From the IMG/VR virus record IMGVR_UViG_3300017747_002364, positions 1-32,272 of that record: DNA of 32,272 nucleotides. The stretch is one strand, 5' to 3'. The notes under the pieces were generated by a model that was given only the letters and a program-made list of their open reading frames with translations, did not search any database and had not been told where the DNA came from. The translations under genes were made by a program, and so were the position numbers. This DNA is from a virus (Duplodnaviria > Caudoviricetes). The stretch's first letter is position 1. The number at the start of each line of letters is the position of its first letter. Shown piece by piece: positions 26,044 to 32,272 of the stretch.

Positions 26044-26523
26044 CTAGTACTTCAGATTCGGCATGAAGTACAGCTGTGTATCAGACATTGCGAAACCTAT
26101 TACTTGCGCTGAACTTGGCGCAGTCGCAGCCACGCCGATCGCGCCTGGAGTACTAGATTGATAGTAGCGCAATCCAGGAGTTAGGGAGCCAGCCGCGAAT
26201 GGCGGATACATACCAAAGATCTGCATTGATACGAATTCACCAGTCACGCCGCCACCTGGTGTATTACAGAATCCGTGACAGGCTAGAACACCGTCGTCTG
26301 CAAGCCACAGCTTACCATCAGACTTTACACCTACTGTCTGACCGTAAGCAATATTCTCTCCGCACTCCAGATTTATTGGCTCGCCTGTGTGCTGATCTAT
26401 TGACTGAACCAGGATCCGTACCGCATTGTACAGACGTACAAGTTCAGAGAATAGTTCCTGATTGGAAGTAATAGGCTGTGCAGGAAGCCCAGTACGAATT
26501 GACTGTTCGCGACTGAGTGCCAT
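26044..26523 (-). CDS. Small virion structural protein (cement/decoration-like beta domain)
   Basis: CGENIAYGQTV...G...LTPGLRYYQS.TPGAI...QVIGFA pattern; structural gene context. Confidence 0.6.
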   Translation of the reverse strand: MALSREQSIRTGLPAQPITSNQELFSELVRLYNAVRILVQSIDQHTGEPINLECGENIAYGQTVGVKSDGKLWLADDGVLACHGFCNTPGGGVTGEFVSMQIFGMYPPFAAGSLTPGLRYYQSSTPGAIGVAATAPSSAQVIGFAMSDTQLYFMPNLKY

Positions 26524-26525
26524 GA

Positions 26526-28076
26526 TCAGCGAGCACCTGCTACATTGAAATTCAGCAGCAGCGACACAGCATTGAATGCGCCTTTAAGGAGCACGGAGTG
26601 ATTCACAGCTGTATTGTGAAAACTGTAGGCCACGGCCTTGCCAGTAGTTCCAGTGACCTGATACCCTGCAATGGCAGGCTGGAATACTTTGCCATCATAT
26701 GTAGGAAGATCATACAGCGCAAATGTGTCGCCCACATTGACATTCTCGAATTCCACACCTTGCAGTTGCAGCAGACGCGAGCGCACATACTGGTACTTTC
26801 CTAGTATGAGTACTCCATTAGAATTGGCAGACACGATATCAGTATCAAGAGTCTGAATCCTGCCAGTGTCTGATACGAATGCAATGGTACGCTTCGGAGT
26901 CTCAGTTACACCTGTAGGATAGATACCCAGTTCAAAGCAATCAGTATGCTCCAACTTGAGTCTGCCCCATTGTTTGTATGCAATGTCGTAGTACAGAGCG
27001 TGAGTCAGAGAGTTCTCGCCATACGAGACCATGAGATACCGATCTGCTACAAGATGCAACCGCTTCAGTATCAGGGTATCATCAGTCTCAGTAAGCGACA
27101 GCTCATTAGTGAGTTCGTCGAAATCCTCAAACAGGCCGCCAGACAGGAAATCTGTGACTTCAGGAAATACAGCTTGTGCTTGACGCAGAGAAATAGATTG
27201 CATCCCAGAAGTGGTATATGCATACACCGCGCCGGAGCCGGAGTCACGAGACACATACGCATAATCTGTCAGGCCGCCGGAACCTGTGATTGGCTGGAAC
27301 GTGTATGGGAATCTTGGATTGTCAGAAGCTTGTGCAGCAATACAGTTCTCTTCTGCGAATATGACAATGCCACCATATACTTCCTCTGCTGTCACAATGC
27401 GACCGCGCAGACCTTCTACCTGACCGCCGCCTGCGCCAGTCTCCAGGGAGGGCACGAAATCGGTAGCAAGAATGACAGAACTCCATGCCAGTTCGGATTC
27501 ACTGTACGCAAGCAGGTATCCTTTATGGCCAACAACACCAATGATATCTGCTGCCACCAATCCACTCAATGCTGTCAGCGTAAGCGTGTTGGTAGTCCAG
27601 TCATAGACATAGCACCCTACATTGGAGAAGTATATGTAGGTAACGCCAGATACGAATGCGATAGTGACTCTCTTTCCTGCGATTGTGGCCGCGGCTGGAG
27701 CACCTATTGGCACTGTCCAGGTACTCGTACCTTTCTCCATTACATACAGATTGCCGCCAGAAGTAGTTCCTAGCAGCGCAGAATTTCCTGCCCCATCGCG
27801 GATTGTCGCTACATTATTGAGATCCGTACCTGCAGGAAATGTAGGTGGAGTGTATTCGCGATAGCCTACGCTCTTGTATCCTGAGTCAGTAGGCACCACA
27901 TTGTGAAGATAATACACCTGCGGCACACCAATTGCAGAATCAAGAGATTCCTTGGTGGCCAGCCCTCCAATGTAGTTCTGATCCTGCTGCTTGACGATTA
28001 TAGACCTGCCAAATAGTTCTGACAGGAATGGGAAACTAGCAGTTTTCAGGTTAGCACGATATGTGATATCAGCCAT
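26526..28076 (-). CDS. Podovirus tail nozzle / tubular protein B-like (DNA stabilisation) protein
   Basis: 516 aa, beta-propeller-like; NVVP...GYKS near the N-terminus, LAWS...DF; lies upstream of the ejection genes. Confidence 0.65.
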   Translation of the reverse strand: MADITYRANLKTASFPFLSELFGRSIIVKQQDQNYIGGLATKESLDSAIGVPQVYYLHNVVPTDSGYKSVGYREYTPPTFPAGTDLNNVATIRDGAGNSALLGTTSGGNLYVMEKGTSTWTVPIGAPAAATIAGKRVTIAFVSGVTYIYFSNVGCYVYDWTTNTLTLTALSGLVAADIIGVVGHKGYLLAYSESELAWSSVILATDFVPSLETGAGGGQVEGLRGRIVTAEEVYGGIVIFAEENCIAAQASDNPRFPYTFQPITGSGGLTDYAYVSRDSGSGAVYAYTTSGMQSISLRQAQAVFPEVTDFLSGGLFEDFDELTNELSLTETDDTLILKRLHLVADRYLMVSYGENSLTHALYYDIAYKQWGRLKLEHTDCFELGIYPTGVTETPKRTIAFVSDTGRIQTLDTDIVSANSNGVLILGKYQYVRSRLLQLQGVEFENVNVGDTFALYDLPTYDGKVFQPAIAGYQVTGTTGKAVAYSFHNTAVNHSVLLKGAFNAVSLLLNFNVAGAR

Positions 28077-28094
28077 CGCAGAATACCTATCTGA

Positions 28095-28958
28095 TTAGTA
28101 GCGTTTGAACACCAGTGCACTTATGGTACCAGATGCCAGATCCACCGAGCCGACGCTGTTGTTATGCAGCACAGCAGTCACTATATTGGAAGCAGTCACA
28201 TTTCCAGTAAGTGTGAGATCTAGTACATCGAGGGAGAATGCCACAATACAGAAGTCTCCCAGAGCAGCGCCAGTCACTGTAATCTCTTTAGCTTCTTTCG
28301 CGTTAACTGCGATCGAACCAGGATCCCAAGTAGTAGATCCTGTGAGATTAGCAGACTGCCCTTCTTTTGCGAAAGGCACAACGCTGCCATCTTGGAACTT
28401 CGCATACACCTCAGTGACAGAGCCATTGGCTGCGGCATACAGTCGTACCTTGTCCGCGGTTGGTGTAGTAGGTGCAGCTATTTCTGGCATCTCCGCATAG
28501 CGTGTCTGAACTGCTGCAACATCGCCATTAGTTTCATCTATGATCTGCAGGAATGGATCTGCCGTAACACCTGCATCATGAGAACGCAGAATTACGCCGG
28601 TTGCACCTTTGGATTTTACTGCAATGCCGCCGCGGGCAATAGCGCTAGATCCATGATCTGTAGACAGAAATGTCACAGTTCCATATTGCCCAAACACGAT
28701 CAGCTGCACATCATCAGGCAGAATTAGGCTGGACTCAGTGTAAGATATTCCATACGGCACTAGGACAAAGCCGTTGGATCCAGATACAGCTGCTGCAGTA
28801 ATGGCATCATTGATAGCCGCGGTGTTCACTGTGGCATTGGAAGCCACGGCCGCACCATAGTCTAGGCAAGATATAACATCGCCAAGTTTCTGTGCCAGAG
28901 TGCGATCTGCAGTATTTCCTTCCACAAGCGCGGCGGTTGCACGAGTCTGATTAGTCAT
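28095..28958 (-). CDS. Tail spike/fibre-like protein
   Basis: RTLAQKLGDVISCLDYGA...NTAAINDAI...VLVPYG, the typical start of a tailspike beta-helix; C-terminal WDPGSI...VTGAALGD beta domain; start at ATG 28958 after GAGGA. Confidence 0.7.
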   Translation of the reverse strand: MTNQTRATAALVEGNTADRTLAQKLGDVISCLDYGAAVASNATVNTAAINDAITAAAVSGSNGFVLVPYGISYTESSLILPDDVQLIVFGQYGTVTFLSTDHGSSAIARGGIAVKSKGATGVILRSHDAGVTADPFLQIIDETNGDVAAVQTRYAEMPEIAAPTTPTADKVRLYAAANGSVTEVYAKFQDGSVVPFAKEGQSANLTGSTTWDPGSIAVNAKEAKEITVTGAALGDFCIVAFSLDVLDLTLTGNVTASNIVTAVLHNNSVGSVDLASGTISALVFKRY

Positions 28959-28959
28959 T

Positions 28960-29337
28960 TCATTTTCCTCTATTAACAAGCGCATCAGTCAAAGGCCCGG
29001 CGATCTTTTCAACACTACGTCCTACAACATAGCCACCAAGCCCAAATTCCACAATGCTCCATAGCTTAATGTATTCTGCTTCTGCAAGATTAGGAGCAGC
29101 CCATCCAAACCATCTTGCCACAATGAGAGCAACGAATGTCAGCATTGTAAGTGGCCTCCAGTTGGCAGCAAGCCAATGAGTAGAGGCAGCTTCAGTCTTT
29201 ACAATGTCAGCCTGCGCCATGAAAACTGCGAGGAAAGTTTGGACTTTTGCTTTATCTGCTTCTGCGGCATCAGGCCAGAACTTGTCAATCAGAGTCTTTC
29301 CTACTTCCAGTGCTGCGGTGAGAGGATCTAGTGCCAT
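28960..29337 (-). CDS. Holin (GTA-type 3TM holin family-like)
   Basis: LIDKFWPD, WLAANWRP, TM segments and GRSVEK signature; start at ATG 29337 after GGAG. Confidence 0.85.
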   Translation of the reverse strand: MALDPLTAALEVGKTLIDKFWPDAAEADKAKVQTFLAVFMAQADIVKTEAASTHWLAANWRPLTMLTFVALIVARWFGWAAPNLAEAEYIKLWSIVEFGLGGYVVGRSVEKIAGPLTDALVNRGK

Positions 29338-29338
29338 T

Positions 29339-29710
29339 TTAATAACTCCAAATTGTAGGTCTTGGTTGTCCAGGCGCATCAGGGAGATCATCCAGATGCA
29401 GGAAACGGGAATCGCCTTTCTGATTGATTCCTATCCCAGTGAACTTCCCCATGTCTGATACCAGAGATAGCAATACGAATGCTTCTTTTCTTGCAATTAA
29501 AAAATCTATTGCTCTCAGTTTTGTGTGAGGGCCGTCCGAACCAGTTGCAGAAACTTTCATGTTATGGGCAGAACAGCGTGCTGCACTGGAAACTTTCAAT
29601 GGCTTTCCATACAGACTACGGAGTTCCTCAATCTTGCGCATGAAAGTTTCTTCTGGGAGCAGCCCGCAGCCGCACTTGCAGGCTAGTTCAGAATCTGAGA
29701 AGTGCTTCAT
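29339..29710 (-). CDS. Endolysin, peptidase M15 (Zn D-Ala-D-Ala carboxypeptidase-like)
   Basis: HFSxSELACKCGCG, SAARCxxHN, HxxxxAID, FLHLD; start at ATG 29710. Confidence 0.9.
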   Translation of the reverse strand: MKHFSDSELACKCGCGLLPEETFMRKIEELRSLYGKPLKVSSAARCSAHNMKVSATGSDGPHTKLRAIDFLIARKEAFVLLSLVSDMGKFTGIGINQKGDSRFLHLDDLPDAPGQPRPTIWSY

Positions 29711-29711
29711 A

Positions 29712-29957
29712 CTAGTCATCATGCTTGGCTTCGCAGCGAGCCTCGATTTTAGAAATGCGGCGCTCGAATTCCACATTCTGTTCGCGCTGGCGACGATCCA
29801 CATCAGTGACGCGCTGGTGCAAATCTGACTCTATTTTCTCCAGTTTCATATTGACGTCTCGTATCTCACCTTTGATACCATTCAATACGAATACGATCAA
29901 GAAGCCAATTACAGACAGTAGAATACCAATGAAGCCAAGTATGTATTGCGATTCCAT
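29712..29957 (-). CDS. Single-TM plus coiled-coil membrane protein (holin/antiholin-like)
   Basis: YILGFIGILLSVIGFLIVFVL TM followed by a charged coiled coil; directly upstream of the endolysin; GGAG SD. Confidence 0.7.
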   Translation of the reverse strand: MESQYILGFIGILLSVIGFLIVFVLNGIKGEIRDVNMKLEKIESDLHQRVTDVDRRQREQNVEFERRISKIEARCEAKHDD

Positions 29958-30367
29958 TACCCAAAACTCCTATCTGCACCAAGTGCCCATTCCCACGTTT
30001 GAGTTCCTGCAATTTGAATCTTATGCCATTCATACGGCACGAAGTTATGTTCGTTTGGATTCGGATACCTATTGTCTAATACGTATGTGGTATCATCTAG
30101 ATCTATGAGTAGGACACAATGGTATCTGTTACGCTTATCTGGATCTGCGGATGGCTCTACGAAACAAGTAGCGAATCGTAGTTGTTGTGGAGTAGCACCA
30201 GATTGAAGAAGTCTATGGTATTTTGCAATACTGAAGTCCTCACAGTCTCCGCCTGATTCTGTTATCGCAGCCCAGAACTCAGGCGTACCGAATAGTTCAG
30301 CATCAGATTTATATGGGAGAGAATTTACCTCACCATTAATACGGCGGATTGCGCTGTATGTTATCAT
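29957..30367 (-). CDS. Transglutaminase-like cysteine protease (BTLCP / peptidase C93, LapG-like), catalytic domain only
   Basis: INxEVN...YKSD...FW, GDCEDFSIAK (Cys), HCVL (His), VLDN (Asp); no signal peptide. Confidence 0.88.
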   Translation of the reverse strand: MITYSAIRRINGEVNSLPYKSDAELFGTPEFWAAITESGGDCEDFSIAKYHRLLQSGATPQQLRFATCFVEPSADPDKRNRYHCVLLIDLDDTTYVLDNRYPNPNEHNFVPYEWHKIQIAGTQTWEWALGADRSFG

Positions 30368-30513
30368 TTAGAGCCACCACACTCAGCACGATCAGGATTC
30401 TGCTGGCAGTAGATGGTAAATCCGTATGGCGCAGGAGCCACCTCACCAGACCCCCGCAGAGGCCCGGTGTGGTGACACGCTGTTAGCAAGAGGATGAGCA
30501 GGAGGGATTTCAT
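30364..30513 (-). CDS. 49-aa lipoprotein (MKSLLLILLLTAC-HHTGPLRGSGEVAPAPYGFTIYCQQNPDRAECGGSK)
   Basis: Not in the ORF track. Lipobox LTAC and ATGA overlaps at both ends. Confidence 0.8.
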   Translation of the reverse strand: MKSLLLILLLTACHHTGPLRGSGEVAPAPYGFTIYCQQNPDRAECGGSK

Positions 30514-32272
30514 CGGGTGATGCTCGCCTGCTCAGAGGTGGACTTCTGCGTGAGCCAGATACGGGCATTGCGAATAGCCGCATTCGGCTGGCTGGCTCCA
30601 GCGGGAGTGCAACCGATACCTATTGCGGCACCTGAGTTCATGCTGCCATCAAAGGTCGAAGTAGCAGCAGTCACAGTTCCGACCTTGAGCCGCTGATTGG
30701 TTCCCCAAGACGCTGACATCTTTGTGGTGATGTTTGCCAGTGCCGGTGATGGGGTGACTTCTGCGATGTTGTTGCCATCGAACTGACGAACCACACCACC
30801 TGTAGCACCGTAGGGAATCCACCCTGCTCCAGCCGCTACAGCAATTCCTTGCCACGATGACAGAACGCTCGGGCCGAACGACATTTCCAAGTATGTGGTT
30901 CCAGCAGTGTCCGAGATATTTCCCGCGCTCGGATACGTCAGCACATCAGCATTCCGCGTCACGGCTACTGTGGTCGTTGGGATATAGCTGGTGGCGGCGG
31001 AGCCGAGTTCGACTTGTGCGCCGTAGAATACTGCGGAGCCTGTGATTGCAGCAGAAAATGCACCCGTAGATTGAGTGGCGTTAGAAGTTACAGCGGGGAA
31101 CAACTCGACCCTGTGCGCTGCTACAGTCCCTGTCTTGGTTAGAGACACGCGCCAATAGTCTGTGTTGTAGCTAACGCAACTCGCTGACATTCCAGACGCC
31201 ATCGTAAAGGCAGTCATGGCAGTCCACGCCGTTGCTACGCCATTGTTTGTATCAATGGTGCAGGCGGCGCATTGCGTTAAACCGGGAATAAACCACCGGA
31301 GCGCAGGGAACGTGGTTGCCCCGACTGTTTTCTTGACAAAGACGGAAAGCGTATACGCGGCGGCAGTAAGAGTTATGTCCTGATATATTTCCTCGACATC
31401 GCCAGCGTCATTATCAGTCAGCGTCCAAGCACTCGTAGCACCATCTGGCCCGACTACGTTCTGTGTAGGCGCAGGGGTAAGGTAGGCAGTCCAAGTCGTA
31501 GTAAACGCATTACTCTGCAAGCACAGATTCGTCGCCGCCGCCTCACTCAAGAATCCGAGGTTCGTAGCAGCAGGAATGGCAGCACCCGTCAGGTCTGTGT
31601 TGAAATACTTGACGCCATCGACGCCTGCGCCGTGGTACGCAGCATCCCTGACCACCGACGAAGCACCGTTGATCGTCCAGACTTCTCCTGTGGTGCTGCT
31701 GGTGATCGTGCCGGTGGGCGTGGTGGCGTCACGTTGGGGATTGAAGTCTACGGCGAGAGAGCCGTTGCTATAGACCTGCGCCTGATGCACCTTGCCGTTA
31801 AACGGACTGCCACCTGAAGGCAGGTTTCCGATGTAACAAGGCTTGCTTGCGGAGTCGAAAATTGCGCCTGCCGTGGTAGCAACGTCTGCACCCAACTGTG
31901 TCCAAGTTGAACCATCATCGCTTGTGTAAAACTTGGTGACGCCGGTAGCATCAACGCGAGTTACGCGAACCCATTTCTTCAACCCATCAGTTATCCCTGT
32001 TCCGACAGAACTTGTAGCGAGGTTGGCTGCGCTGCCGTCAATGGACGCTTGCAGAGATAATTTTCCATCACTACTACCCAACCACCACAACGCCCAAGTT
32101 CTGTTCGGCGTCCCAGTGGCAGGGTCTGTGCCTATGACCGCCGTAAAAGCAGCAGGCGTCCAATCTACTGCGGTTAGTTCAGCGCGAACATCAATGTCGA
32201 CAATTGTTGATACAGCAGTCGAGTCAGGAGTCGATGCGCTATGCCCCGCAGTCCCCGGCAGCGACAGATACA
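30510..32272 (-). CDS. Tail or head fibre protein with LamG/ConA-like carbohydrate-binding domains (5' truncated)
   Basis: Frame is open to the window end (YLSLPGTAGHSASTPD...DIDVR...DW); WVRVTR...FYTSDDG...W, GFLSEAAATNL, YGAQVELGSAATSYIPT motifs; T/A/G/S-rich. Confidence 0.85.
   Translation of the reverse strand, partial: YLSLPGTAGHSASTPDSTAVSTIVDIDVRAELTAVDWTPAAFTAVIGTDPATGTPNRTWALWWLGSSDGKLSLQASIDGSAANLATSSVGTGITDGLKKWVRVTRVDATGVTKFYTSDDGSTWTQLGADVATTAGAIFDSASKPCYIGNLPSGGSPFNGKVHQAQVYSNGSLAVDFNPQRDATTPTGTITSSTTGEVWTINGASSVVRDAAYHGAGVDGVKYFNTDLTGAAIPAATNLGFLSEAAATNLCLQSNAFTTTWTAYLTPAPTQNVVGPDGATSAWTLTDNDAGDVEEIYQDITLTAAAYTLSVFVKKTVGATTFPALRWFIPGLTQCAACTIDTNNGVATAWTAMTAFTMASGMSASCVSYNTDYWRVSLTKTGTVAAHRVELFPAVTSNATQSTGAFSAAITGSAVFYGAQVELGSAATSYIPTTTVAVTRNADVLTYPSAGNISDTAGTTYLEMSFGPSVLSSWQGIAVAAGAGWIPYGATGGVVRQFDGNNIAEVTPSPALANITTKMSASWGTNQRLKVGTVTAATSTFDGSMNSGAAIGIGCTPAGASQPNAAIRNARIWLTQKSTSEQASITR

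Noticed and set aside
24984-27773. + strand ORFs of 213 and 275 aa opposite structural genes
   Set aside because: Antisense to well-supported genes, with low-complexity shadow translations
30440-30460. Suspected frameshift within the small lipoprotein at the G5 run
   Set aside because: Recounting shows the frame is continuous from ATG 30513 to TGA 30364
1-32272. tRNA genes, introns/inteins, diversity-generating retroelement, stop-codon reassignment
   Set aside because: No cloverleaf, RT motifs, TR/VR pair or interrupted core genes seen by eye; genes tile densely under the standard code. A covariance-model scan would be needed to exclude small RNAs.

Overview
The window is a 32-kb piece of a dsDNA tailed phage genome, most likely a podovirus-type phage of a Gram-negative (proteobacterial) host. 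No integrase or repressor module is visible. The + strand arm (1-16330) starts with a likely replication origin: 8-bp ATCCY iterons, an inverted copy of them, an AT-rich core and a sigma70 promoter. It then carries small early genes, an SF1B (RecD2/Dda-like) helicase, a Cas4-like nuclease / Sak4-like ATPase / SSB-like recombination set, a family A DNA polymerase, a DUF3987-like P-loop ATPase and a DEDDh exonuclease. The - strand arm (16400 to beyond 32272) carries tail/fibre proteins, a lysis cassette, a tail nozzle-like protein and three internal virion (ejection) proteins, one of 1772 aa. A bidirectional terminator at about 16341-16378 separates the arms. Terminase, portal and major capsid genes are not in the window. 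Most notable observations: (1) seven unrelated early proteins end in the same short motif, (L/M)-x-x-(L/I)-COOH, mostly on flexible tails, which suggests an undescribed docking or degron system; (2) a LapG/BTLCP-like cysteine protease appears split into a tiny unannotated lipoprotein and a separate catalytic domain beside the lysis genes; (3) the PolA has His at the E. coli 762 position and a degenerate UDG-like N-terminus, in a replication module with no recognisable primase; (4) the ejection proteins carry a zincin metallopeptidase domain and a CFI-box C-terminal domain. All family assignments are by eye from motifs; no database searches were run.
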